Source of the DNA: Octopus vulgaris
Taxonomy: Eukaryota
Assembly (NCBI GenBank): GCA_951406725.2
Contig: OX597818.1
Span: forward strand, 4,278,001 to 4,342,000
Direction of reading: 5' to 3'
DNA: 64,000 nt
Shown here in pieces: positions 28,132-41,194 of the stretch. The number at the start of each line of letters is the position of its first letter. Position 1 is the first letter of the stretch. The position numbers and the translations under genes were made by a program. Under the pieces are notes generated by a model that made no database searches, was not told where the DNA came from, and worked only from the letters and a program-made list of their open reading frames with translations.

Positions 28132-28625
28132 TAATAATACTTAGAGGTATTACTTCCACTGCTACGACCATGACCACTAACAACAACAACAATACGAAAG
28201 GTGATCAAGACGAAGATAGCAGGAAAATTATCTTATTTAGGGTTAAAAGTTCTATTGCCACCACCATCACCACTAGCAACAATAATTAAGGTGCTGACAA
28301 TGATGATGATGACAATTGAAATATAAAAATATAAAAATCTCTGACAAAGGATATTTACAACATTTCTAAAAATAACCCAACAATTGCTGCTTCGGCCAGG
28401 GTCAAGATACAGGACTCTTGACCTGTCCAACAAAGCGTGATGCCTAAACCAATCAGCTCAACCAACCAATCAGCTTAAGTAATTGAGTGATACTACACAC
28501 TGATTGGTCAGAATACAGTTTGCAAAACCTAGCACTCTGGAGCCTACCCAGCTGTATTTATAGCACAGAATCACTCATCTTGCTACAGTCAAAAATTGTG
28601 AAGCATGACTGTCAACACTACTACA

Positions 28626-28670
28626 TGAACCCGAAGATTGCAGAATTCAATGCATGAAAGTACTAGTTCA
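28626..28670 (+). ncRNA. Minimal hammerhead with CCGAAGA core in the Penelope 3' region
   Basis: tgaac-CCGAAGA-ttgca gaattcaa tgcat-GAAA-gtac-TA-gttca. Confidence 0.65.
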
Positions 28671-28802
28671 ATCAGAATGAATATTTAACATTCTACTATT
28701 TCATTTTATTTTATTCAATTATAATATATTATCTTATAATATATCATTATAAGATTGTAAATAAAACGTGAAAATCAGACAAGGTTGGAATTCATTTTAT
28801 TA

Positions 28803-28832
28803 ATATATACATACATATATACATATATATAT

Positions 28833-28885
<53 letters not shown>

Positions 28886-28898
28886 CATATATATATAC

Positions 28899-28989
<91 letters not shown>

Positions 28990-29021
28990 CATACATATAT
29001 ATATACATATATATATATATA

Positions 29022-29100
<79 letters not shown>

Positions 29101-29219
29101 CATATATATACATATATACATATATACATATATATATATATATACATATACATACATATATACATATACATATACATATATATATATACATATACATATA
29201 TATATACATATATATATAT

Positions 29220-29296
<77 letters not shown>
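28803..29296. repeat. (TA)n microsatellite
   Basis: Direct. Confidence 0.97.
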
Positions 29297-29297
<1 letters not shown>

Positions 29298-29859
29298 CAT
29301 CATCATCATCATCATCATCATTTAACGTCCGCTTTCCATGCTAGCATGGGTTGGACGGTTCAACTGGGGTCTGGGGAGCCCGAAAGCTGCACCAGTCCAG
29401 TCAGATCTGGCAGTGTTTCTACAGCTGGATGCCCTTCCTAACGCCAACCACTCCGAGAGTGTAGTGGGTGATTTTATGTGCCACCGACACAGGTGCTAGA
29501 CGAGGCTGGCAGACGGCCACGCTCGGATGGTGTTTTTTATGTGCCACCGACACAGGTGCCAGACGAGGCTGGCAGACGGCCACGCTCGGATGGTGTTTTT
29601 ATGTGCCACCGACACAGGTGCCAGACGAGGCTGGCAGACGGCCACGCTCGGATGGTGTTTTTATGTGCCACCGACACAGGTGCCAGATGAGGCTGGCAAA
29701 CTGCCACGATCGGATGGTGCTTGTTACGTGCCCACAGCACGGAGGCCAGTCGATGCGGTACTGGCGACGGCCACGTTCGGATGGTTTTCTTATGTGCCCC
29801 GTGCCACCGGCACTGGTACCACAAAGATACAAATTCCATTGATGTTCATCTATTTTGAT
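29296..29859 (-). mobile_element. RTE family A 3'UTR fragment with ~59-bp tandem units
   Basis: (CAT)n tail, GGATGCCCTTCCTAACGCC, repeated tgtgccaccgacacaggtgccagacgaggctggcagacggccacgctcggatggtg. Confidence 0.88.
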
Positions 29860-29913
29860 TATATACATATATATATATATATATATACACATATATATAT
29901 ATATATATACATA

Positions 29914-31863
29914 TATCACAATCAAGGAACGGCCATAATAGGCCATTCACCCACTAGAAATAACAGCCAAAAGCTTTAACTGCAAAATAACATTAATTCC
30001 GTAAACCAGGAGAAAATTGAAAAACTTTTACCCTGTAATTTCTTAGACGATGCACCGTTTCATCTACCGTTTAATGGTAAACTAACCTGATTAAATTAAA
30101 TCAAGCCAATCCACCATAGGCCCTTAGACTCATCAGTAAGAAATAGCCAAGTCGGAACAGATATTTTTCACGAGGCATTCCTCTTGCTACCTCGGCAATA
30201 TCTGACCTAAAATTTTCAAATCGTCGCACTCGCGCCAAATTTATCGGCAGCAAATAAATATAAGCCACCGATTCCATTACGGAACTAACCAGAAAATTCA
30301 TAATTAATCAATATAGGGTGGCAAAAAAATTTTGTAGAATTCTTTTGCCACCAACGGCCTAGTGGGAAAAAATTAAATAGTCATAAACCATTTTTACGTT
30401 CAACATCACAATCAAGGAACGGCCATAATAGGCCATTCACCCACTAGAAATAACAGCCAAAAGCTTTAACCGCAAAATAACATTAATTCCGTAAACCAGG
30501 AGAAAATTGAAAAACTTTTACCCTGTAATTTCTTAGACGATGCACCGTTTCATCTACCGTTTAATGGTAAACTAACCTGATTAAATTAAATCAAGCCAAT
30601 CCACCATAGGCCCTTAGACTCATCAGTAAGAAATAGCCAAGTCGGAACAGATATTTTTCACGAGGCATTCCTCTTGCTACCTCGGCAATATCTGACCTAA
30701 AATTTTCAAATCGTCGCACTCGCGCCAAATTTATCGGCAGCAAATAAATATAAGCCACCGATTCCATTACGGAACTAACCAGAAAATTCATAATTAATCA
30801 ATATAGGGTGGCAAAAAAATTTTGTAGAATTCTTTTGCCACCAGCGGCCTAGTGGGAAAAAATTAAATAGTCATAAACCATTTTTACGTTCAACATCACA
30901 ATCAAGGAACGGCCATAATAGGCCATTCACCCACTAGAAATAACAGCCAAAAGCTTTAACCGCAAAATAACATTAATTCCGTAAACCAGGAGAAAATTGA
31001 AAAACTTTTACCCTGTAATTTCTTAGACGATGCACCGTTTCATCTACCGTTTAATGGTAAACTAACCTGATTAAATTAAATCAAGCCAATCCACCATAGG
31101 CCCTTAGACTCATCAGTAAGAAATAGCCAAGTCGGAACAGATATTTTTCACGAGGCATTCCTCTTGCTACCTCGGCAATATCTGACCTAAAATTTTCAAA
31201 TCGTCGCACTCGCGCCAAATTTATCGGCAGCAAATAAATATAAGCCACCGATTCCATTACGGAACTAACCAGAAAATTCATAATTAATCAATATAGGGTG
31301 GCAAAAAAATTTTGTAGAATTCTTTTGCCACCAACGGCCTAGTGGGAAAAAATTAAATAGTCATAAACCATTTTTACGTTCAACATCACAATCAAGGAAC
31401 GGCCATAATAGGCCATTCACCCACTAGAAATAACAGCCAAAAGCTTTAACCGCAAAATAACATTAATTCCGTAAACCAGGAGAAAATTGAAAAACTTTTA
31501 CCCTGTAATTTCTTAGACGATGCACCGTTTCATCTACCGTTTAATGGTAAACTAACCTGATTAAATTAAATCAAGCCAATCCACCATAGGCCCTTAGACT
31601 CATCAGTAAGAAATAGCCAAGTCGGAACAGATATTTTTCACGAGGCATTCCTCTTGCTACCTCGGCAATATCTGACCTAAAATTTTCAAATCGTCGCACT
31701 CGCGCCAAATTTATCGGCAGCAAATAAATATAAGCCACCGATTCCATTACGGAACTAACCAGAAAATTCATAATTAATCAATATAGGGTGGCAAAAAATT
31801 TTGTAGAATTCTTTTGCCACCAACGGCCTAGTGGGAAAAAATTAAATAGTCATAAACCATTTT
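29914..31863 (-). repeat. 490-bp tandem array, left arm (~4 units), one hammerhead per unit (retrozyme-like)
   Basis: Identical ORFs at 30101/30591/31081/31571 give a 490-bp period; HHRs at 30039-30143, 30529-30633, 31019-31123, 31509-31613. Confidence 0.93.
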
Positions 31864-31882
31864 AAATAGTCATAAACCGTCA

Positions 31883-34677
31883 CGAGTGCGACGATTTGAA
31901 AATTTTAGGTCAGATATTGCCGAGGTAGCAAGAGGAATGCCTCGTGAAAAATATCTGTTCCGACTTGGCTATTTCTTACTGATGAGTCTAAGGGCCTATG
32001 GTGGATTGGCTTGATTTAATTTAATCAGGTTAGTTTACCATTAAACGGTAGATGAAACGGTGCATCGTCTAAGAAATTACAGGGTAAAAGTTTTTCAATT
32101 TTCTCCTGGTTTACGGAATTAATGTTATTTTGCGGTTAAAGCTTTTGGCTGTTATTTCTAGTGGGTGAATGGCCTATTATGGCCGTTCCTTGATTGTGAT
32201 GTTGAACGTAAAAATGGTTTATGACTATTTAATTTTTTCCCACTAGGCCGTTGGTGGCAAAAGAATTCTACAAAATTTTTTTGCCACCCTATATTGATTA
32301 ATTATGAATTTTCTGGTTAGTTCCGTAATGGAATCGGTGGCTTATATTTATTTGCTGCCGATAAATTTGGCGCGAGTGCGACGATTTGAAAATTTTAGGT
32401 CAGATATTGCCGAGGTAGCAAGAGGAATGCCTCGTGAAAAATATCTGTTCCGACTTGGCTATTTCTTACTGATGAGTCTAAGGGCCTATGGTGGATTGGC
32501 TTGATTTAATTTAATCAGGTTAGTTTACCATTAAACGGTAGATGAAACGGTGCATCGTCTAAGAAATTACAGGGTAAAAGTTTTTCAATTTTCTCCTGGT
32601 TTACGGAATTAATGTTATTTTGCGGTTAAAGCTTTTGGCTGTTATTTCTAGTGGGTGAATGGCCTATTATGGCCGTTCCTTGATTGTGATGTTGAACGTA
32701 AAAATGGTTTATGACTATTTAATTTTTTCCCACTAGGCCGTTGGTGGCAAAAGAATTCTACAAAATTTTTTTGCCACCCTATATTGATTAATTATGAATT
32801 TTCTGGTTAGTTCCGTAATGGAATCGGTGGCTTATATTTATTTCCTGCCGATAAATTTGGCGCGAGTGCGACGATTTGAAAATTTTAGGTCAGATATTGC
32901 CGAGGTAGCAAGAGGAATGCCTCGTGAAAAATATCTGTTCCGACTTGGCTATTTCTTACTGATGAGTCTAAGGGCCTATGGTGGATTGGCTTGATTTAAT
33001 TTAATCAGGTTAGTTTACCATTAAACGGTAGATGAAACGGTGCATCGTCTAAGAAATTACAGGGTAAAAGTTTTTCAATTTTCTCCTGGTTTACGGAATT
33101 AATGTTATTTTGCGGTTAAAGCTTTTGGCTGTTATTTCTAGTGGGTGAATGGCCTATTATGGCCGTTCCTTGATTGTGATGTTGAACGTAAAAATGGTTT
33201 ATGACTATTTAATTTTTTCCCACTAGGCCGTTGGTGGCAAAAGAATTCTACAAAATTTTTTTGCCACCCTATATTGATTAATTATGAATTTTCTGGTTAG
33301 TTCCGTAATGGAATCGGTGGCTTATATTTATTTGCTGCCGATAAATTTGGCGCGAGTGCGACGATTTGAAAATTTTAGGTCAGATATTGCCGAGGTAGCA
33401 AGAGGAATGCCTCGTGAAAAATATCTGTTCCGACTTGGCTATTTCTTACTGATGAGTCTAAGGGCCTATGGTGGATTGGCTTGATTTAATTTAATCAGGT
33501 TAGTTTACCATTAAACGGTAGATGAAACGGTGCATCGTCTAAGAAATTACAGGGTAAAAGTTTTTCAATTTTCTCCTGGTTTACGGAATTAATGTTATTT
33601 TGCGGTTAAAGCTTTTGGCTGTTATTTCTAGTGGGTGAATGGCCTATTATGGCCGTTCCTTGATTGTGATGTTGAACGTAAAAATGGTTTATGACTATTT
33701 AATTTTTTCCCACTAGGCCGTTGGTGGCAAAAGAATTCTACAAAATTTTTTTGCCACCCTATATTGATTAATTATGAATTTTCTGGTTAGTTCCGTAATG
33801 GAATCGGTGGCTTATATTTATTTGCTGCCGATAAATTTGGCGCGAGTGCGACGATTTGAAAATTTTAGGTCAGATATTGCCGAGGTAGCAAGAGGAATGC
33901 CTCGTGAAAAATATCTGTTCCGACTTGGCTATTTCTTACTGATGAGTCTAAGGGCCTATGGTGGATTGGCTTGATTTAATTTAATCAGGTTAGTTTACCA
34001 TTAAACGGTAGATGAAACGGTGCATCGTCTAAGAAATTACAGGGTAAAAGTTTTTCAATTTTCTCCTGGTTTACGGAATTAATGTTATTTTGCGGTTAAA
34101 GCTTTTGGCTGTTATTTCTAGTGGGTGAATGGCCTATTATGGCCGTTCCTTGATTGTGATGTTGAACGTAAAAATGGTTTATGACTATTTAATTTTTTCC
34201 CACTAGGCCGTTGGTGGCAAAAGAATTCTACAAAATTTTTTTGCCACCCTATATTGATTAATTATGAATTTTCTGGTTAGTTCCGTAATGGAATCGGTGG
34301 CTTATATTTATTTGCTGCCGATAAATTTGGCGCGAGTGCGACGATTTGAAAATTTTAGGTCAGATATTGCCGAGGTAGCAAGAGGAATGCCTCGTGAAAA
34401 ATATCTGTTCCGACTTGGCTATTTCTTACTGATGAGTCTAAGGGCCTATGGTGGATTGGCTTGATTTAATTTAATCAGGTTAGTTTACCATTAAACGGTA
34501 GATGAAACGGTGCATCGTCTAAGAAATTACAGGGTAAAAGTTTTTCAATTTTCTCCTGGTTTACGGAATTAATGTTATTTTGCGGTTAAAGCTTTTGGCT
34601 GTTATTTCTAGTGGGTGAATGGCCTATTATGGCCGTTCCTTGATTGTGATGTTGAACGTATAAATGGTTTATGACTA
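31883..34677 (+). repeat. 490-bp tandem array, right arm (~5.7 units), inverted relative to the left arm
   Basis: Period 490; HHRs at 31972-32076, 32462-32566, 32952-33056, 33442-33546, 33932-34036, 34422-34526. Confidence 0.93.
31972..32076 (+). ncRNA. Canonical type I hammerhead ribozyme (representative of 10 copies)
   Basis: tttctta-CTGATGA-gtcta...(long stem II)...tagat-GAAA-cggtgcatcg-TC-taagaaa; GUC cleavage triplet at 32067-32069. Confidence 0.88.
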
Positions 34678-34835
34678 TATATTACATTTTTTACATATAT
34701 ATCATATCATTCAGATCATATCATTTGGATTAGCAGTGCTTTCTCCCAATCTAGTGGGGTTTTCAAATCAAATCAATTGTGGGGAATTTGAGGGTGATGA
34801 GGAAGTGAGACAGAGAAAACATGTGTGTATGTGTA

Positions 34836-34866
<31 letters not shown>

Positions 34867-35068
34867 ATGTGTGTATGTGTGTGTGCGTGTATGTGTGTGT
34901 GTGTGCGTTTATATCTGAGAGGGAAGAAGTGTTATTTCTGTTGACCTACTGGACCTCCTGTGGTTTTATAAGAATTTTGGCTCTGTCCATTTTGATGTCA
35001 CTGAGTGTGTGTTGTGTGTAGGTTGGCAAATGTCATTTGGGGTCACACTTTCTATGCTCATTTTGTGG

Positions 35069-35103
<35 letters not shown>

Positions 35104-35394
35104 TGTGTGTTTGGAGAAGGGGAGAGAGACAAAAAGAGAAAAGGGAAAATAAAAATAAAAATAAATATAAAAATAAAAATAAAAATAAAAAAAAAAAAAT
35201 AATAATAAAAAAATTTTTTTTTAAATTTTTTTTTTTAAATAAAAAATTTTAAAAAAATATAAAAAATAAATAAAAATAAAAATAAGGGAGGAAGTGGAGA
35301 AGAAAAAAATATTTTTGTGTGTTGATATTTATACCAATACATATATATGCACACACAGACTTATACATAAAATATTTGAAAAAAAAACCTTTTT

Positions 35395-35940
35395 ATCGGT
35401 TCAAAATGAACAACCAAATTATACCATCTTGAAAATTGTATATCATAGGAAAGTTAAAATTAAAGTGACAATTAAAAGGTAAAGATGGAAGTGAATTATA
35501 AAGATAATAATATAATATAATGTATATAACAGGCAATACACATATCTATACACACACAGATATATATATATATATACATATACACACACAGACATATACT
35601 AAATGTTCTACTATATTAGATTGTAAATCGAAAGATGCGTCCTTCAATGTCACTATATATATATACATGCTTACACATGAAATATTAGGGAAAAATCCAC
35701 CTTCTAACGAATCAAAATGAACAATCAAGTTACACCATCTTGAAAATTGCATATCATAGGAAGGTTAAAGTTAGAATGACAATTGGCAAGTAAAGATCAA
35801 GTAAAGTGCAAAAACAATATAATGTATGTAACAGGTAACATATACACACACACACACCTATATATATATACATACACACATATATTAAATGTTCCACTGT
35901 ATCATATTGTAAATCTAAAAAAATTTTTTTGTCCTTCAAT
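35395..35940. repeat. Diverged ~310-bp tandem duplication
   Basis: caaaatgaacaa..accatcttgaaaattg.atatcatagga at about 35402 and 35713; gtccttcaatgt at about 35639 and 35931. Confidence 0.7.
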
Positions 35941-35991
35941 GTATGTTGAGTAAAGTTTCAGCCATTATATATATATATATATATATATATA

Positions 35992-37394
35992 TAGGTCCGG
36001 GTTGAGTCGGGGTTAACCACAGTCAATAAGGTACTCAATACATAGCAGAGTAAATTAATTTATTTTATAGAAGGAGCTTCTACAGGACTAGAACTGTTTC
36101 ATTCAAAAGAAATCATCAGGAAGCTAGTAGACAAGAGTTGTTTTGGCATTTATACATTTAGGCAGGTTTAAATCGGTGGTGGTGGGGGACTTTTTTGGGG
36201 GGTAGGCATGGCGCAAAACTGTCATTATAAGGGGAGTGGTCAAAGGAATCGTTGGTAAAGTAGATAATAGAATAAATAAAAGAATAAAAAAATAAAATAA
36301 AAAGATAAAAAAATATAAATAGAAAAATAGGGTTTTAGGTAAGTAGGGAGACTCTCACTTGTACATCTAAATATATATATATACACATATATACACCCGC
36401 ATATTCACATATATCTATACATATACATACATACCCACATATACATACATATATATATATATATACATACATACACATACATATACATATATATATACAT
36501 ACATATACATACATACATACACATACCCATGTACGTACACACAGATACACATATACATACATATACATACATATATGTATACCCACTCGCACAAATATAT
36601 ACAAATGCATATACATGCACACACATACACACACATTTTTATTCTCTTATTTTAATTTTATTATTACTGCTTTTTGTTTATATCTTTATTTTTATTTTTA
36701 TCTTGACCGGTCAATCGGTCTCAAGGGATGATCTAAAGATTCCGTTTATCTGTCTACTTACTTATACCAAGAACTCAGGCACTCACTCACGCCCACACAC
36801 TCACACGTACACACACGTACGTGTTATATTCATACACGCATACATCTACATACATTTACGTATATTCACATACACGCATACACATACATACCTCAACACA
36901 CTCACAGAAGACTAGTCCATACATATACACTAATTAATATATATACACATATACATATACACATACATACACATACATACATATACAGTATGAGTGCGTG
37001 TATGTGTATTTGTATGTACATGTGTATGGGTGTATGTGTGTGGTTTTTATATTTTATATGTTTTTATACATATATATATATATATATATATACCGGAGTA
37101 AACACATAAATGTGAAACAAGGTGGAAAAAGAGTACTCAAATACCAGTGGTAGAGTAATATGCTTTATTTTAGCAGCAGAAAATTCAACAAAATCTGTTA
37201 CTCTGTTGAATTTTCTGCTGCTTAAAATAAAGTATATATATATATATATGAATGTGTATATATATGTGTATATATATGTGTATGTATGTGTATGTATATA
37301 TGTGTATATATGTGTGTATGTCTGTGTATGTATGTATGTGTGTATATATATATATGTATATGTATATGTATGTGTATGTGTATGTATATATATG

Positions 37395-37425
<31 letters not shown>

Positions 37426-37781
37426 ATGTGTACGCTCGTGTGTTTAGGTATATGTAAGTATGTAGAGTTGTGTGTATGTGTATGTATATATATATATATA
37501 TATATATGTGTAGATGGGTATATACGTGTATGCTTATATGTATGTTTCCGTCTGTACAAAGGGTAACTGCATGTGTATATATCTATTATTTATTATTCAT
37601 TATTTATTACACGAGTATGCGTTTGTATGCATGTATGTATTTATGTATATAAGGAGGCGCGTGAGTGTGTGTATGTGTATGCATTTGTATAAACATATGT
37701 ATACATTTATGCATGTATGTGCTTGTGTGTATATATATGTGTGTATGTATGTATGTATATATACACACATATATATATATA

Positions 37782-37822
<41 letters not shown>

Positions 37823-38003
37823 ATGTATATATATATGTGTGTGTAATGTATATATAGATATATATATGTATATATATATATGTATATGTATGTGTATGTA
37901 TGTGTATGTGTGTGTATGTATGTATGTATATGTATGTATGTATGTGTATATGTGTGTGTATGTATGTGTATGTATGTGTATGTATGTATGTCTGTATATG
38001 TAT

Positions 38004-38049
<46 letters not shown>

Positions 38050-38570
38050 GTATGTGTATATATATATATATATATATGTGTGTACGCTCGTGTGTTTAAG
38101 TATATGTAAGTATGTAGAGTTATGTGTATGTACATGTATGTATGTATATATGCATATGTGCAGATAGGTATATACGTGTATGCTTATATGTATGTTTCCG
38201 TCTGTACAAAGGGTAACTGCATGTGTATATATATCTATTATTTATTATTCATTACATGAGTATGCGTTTGTATGCATGTATGTATTTATGTATATAAGGA
38301 GGCGCGTGAGTGTGTGTATGCGTATGCATTTGTATAAATATATGTATACATTTATGCATGTATGTGCTTGTGTGTATGTGTATGTATGTATATGTATATA
38401 TATATATATGTGTGTATATATACACATGTATATATATATATGTATATATATGTATATATACACATGTATATATATATATGTATATATATGTATATATATA
38501 TATGTATGTATATGTATATGTGTGTGTATGTGTATGTGTATATATATATGTGTAGATGTGTGTGTAAATC

Positions 38571-38603
<33 letters not shown>

Positions 38604-38952
38604 ATGTGTGTGTATGTGTGTATGTGTATATGGATGTGTATATATATATGTGTGTGTATGTGTATGTGTATGTATATATATATGTATATATATATACATA
38701 TATATATATGTATATATATGTATATATATATGTACGCTTGTGTGTTTATGTATATGTAGGTATGTAGAGTTATGTGTGTATGTATGTATGTATATATACA
38801 TATGTGTAAATAGGTATATATGGGTATGTTTATATGTATGTATCCGTTTGTATAATGGGTAACTGCACGTATATATATTCATTATTTTTATTATTATTAT
38901 TATTATCATTATTATTGTTATTATTATTATTAGTTGAGTATGCATGTATCCC

Positions 38953-38995
<43 letters not shown>

Positions 38996-40018
38996 GTATA
39001 TGTATGTGTGTGTGTATATATGTATGAGTGTATATGTGTATGTATATGTATATGAGTATATATGTATATATATATATATGTATATGTGTATGTATATGTA
39101 TGTATGTGTATGTATGTGTATATGTATATGTGTATATATATTAATTAGTGTATATGTATGGACTAGTCTTCTGTGAGTGTGTTGAGGTATGTATGTGTAT
39201 GCGTGTATGTGAATATACGTAAATGTATGTAGATGTATGCGTGTATGAATATAACACGTACGTGTGTGTACGTGTGAGTGTGTGGGCGTGAGTGAGTGCC
39301 TGAGTTCTTGGTATAAGTAAGTAGACAGATAAACGGAATCTTTAGATCATCCCTTGAGACCGATTGACCGGTCAAGATAAAAATAAAAATAAAGATATAA
39401 ACAAAAAGCAGTAATAATAAAATTAAAATAAGAGAATAAAAATGTGTGTGTATGTGTGTGCATGTATATGCATTTGTATATATTTGTGCGAGTGGGTATA
39501 CATATATGTATGTATATGTATGTATATGTGTATCTGTGTGTACGTACATGGGTATGTGTATGTATGTATGTATATGTATGTATATATATATGTATATGTA
39601 TGTGTATGTATGTATATATATATATATATGTATGTATATGTGGGTATGTATGTATATGTATAGATATATGTGAATATGCGGGTGTATATATGTGTATATA
39701 TATATATATGTAGATGTACAAGTGAGAGTCTCCCTACTTACCTAAAACCCTATTTTTCTATTTATATTTTTTTATCCTTTTATTTTATTTTTTTTATTCT
39801 TTTATTTATTCTATTATCTACTTTACCAACGATTCCTTTTGACCACTCCCCTTATAATGACAGTTTTGCGCCATGCCTACCCCCCAAAAAAGTCCCCCAC
39901 CACCACCGATTTAAACCTGCCTAAATGTATAAATGCCAAAACAACTCTTGTCTACTAGCTTCCTGATGATTTCTTTTGAATGAAACAGTTCTAGTCCTGT
40001 AGAAGCTCCTTCTATAAA
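35992..40018. mobile_element. Family H hammerhead element, long inverted two-arm insertion with (TA)/(TG)-rich body
   Basis: About 36065-36985 is mirrored at about 39090-40018; HHR with CTGATGA core at 36075-36125 (-) and 39957-40007 (+). Confidence 0.82.
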
Positions 40019-40025
40019 GTAAAAT

Positions 40026-40060
<35 letters not shown>

Positions 40061-40444
40061 TCATTGATATTTATTTATACATGTAGGTGTATTCGTATAA
40101 CTCACTTGGCAAACTACCCCATATAATATTACATTCCTTTTATCTCTATCCAAACCTGAATATTCTTTATTTTATATAATTGCAATTAACTTTATAACTG
40201 GATTTGGTTAAAAAGAGACGATGAATGATGGCTAGAAGAATATTGAGCTTTATTTAATAACCAGTTGATCAAGCAAGTGGGGCTGTTGCATGTTGATGCC
40301 ATCGAGAGGTAGGCCCTGAAACGGCGCACATTCTCTCCTGATGACCCCATACACTTGCTGGCCTCGGGCATGTGGAGTTTTCATCTGGTAGCACTTGCAT
40401 GAGCAAGTTATTTGCAAAGCATATATTTATAATACTGCCCATAC

Positions 40445-40825
40445 TAGTAGGGTGCCAAGAGCACCATCAGAGTGTGATCGTTGCCAGAGTGGCTAACTGG
40501 CTTCCGTGCCGGTGACATGTAAAAGGGCACCATTCGAGCGTGATTGTTACCAGCGTCGCCTTACTGGCACCTGTTCTGGTGGCATGTGTAAAAAGATTCG
40601 AGCGAGGTCATTGCCAGTACCGCCTGACTGGCCCCTGTGCCGGTGGCACGTATAAAGCACCCACTACACTCTCGGAGTGGTTGGCGTTAGGAAGGACATC
40701 CAGCTGTAGAAACTCTGCCAGATCAAGATTGGAGCCTGATGCAGCCATCTGGTTCGTCAGCTCTCAGTCAAAATCATCCAACCCATGCTAGCATGGAAGG
40801 CGGATGTTAAACGATGATAATGATG
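40445..40825 (+). mobile_element. RTE family A 3'UTR-only fragment or RTE-tailed SINE
   Basis: gccggtggcacgtataaagcacccactacactctcggagtggttggcgttaggaagg and (GAT)n tail. Confidence 0.75.
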
Positions 40826-41194
40826 TTTATTAAATTCCTTTCATCTCTATCCTAACCTGAACACTCTTTGTTTCTCTATAATTGCAATTAACTTTAATTT
40901 CTAACCACATTAATTATTCTACAAGTCCTCCCTAACGTATAGCTCCCTAAATAACTGAGCCCTTTTTTGTAACTTTATAATCATATATTCATATGCATAA
41001 TGATATGTATATTTATGCATATGGGTGTGTACATGTGTGTGGATATGTATGCATGTGTATTTGATTCCATTTGTATTTATATATGTGTATGTATGTATGT
41101 GTATACCTATGTTCATATATATGTGTTTTGTGTTTATTGCCATGATTGACAGCTAATTCCAAAAGTTTTTTTTATTCTCTCTCTTATTCTCTCT

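Larger units (their letters stand above)
25035..28800 (+). mobile_element. Neptune-like Penelope element, near full-length (RT plus GIY-YIG), one frameshift near 26088
   Basis: LSKGLKFTP, ADKGGA, FYGLPKIHK, DVVSLYTNIP, GTAMG, RYLDD, C..C..C, NLIYCIKCPNC..YVGQTG; the frame ESLVRNKSNFTPPKGR is restored by adding one base at gatgaatcc|tagta. Confidence 0.92.

Noticed and set aside
30101-34464. 66-aa ORF MNFLVSS... repeated in the 490-bp units
   Set aside because: No recognisable motif; it runs through structured RNA and into the ribozyme core; repetition only reflects the array
36335-39721. Many YI/CV/HT-rich ORFs here and elsewhere
   Set aside because: Translations of TA/CA/TG repeats
40370-40400. 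Region just 3' of a CTGATGA near 40338 as a possible hammerhead
   Set aside because: No downstream GAAA with closing stems in the correct order
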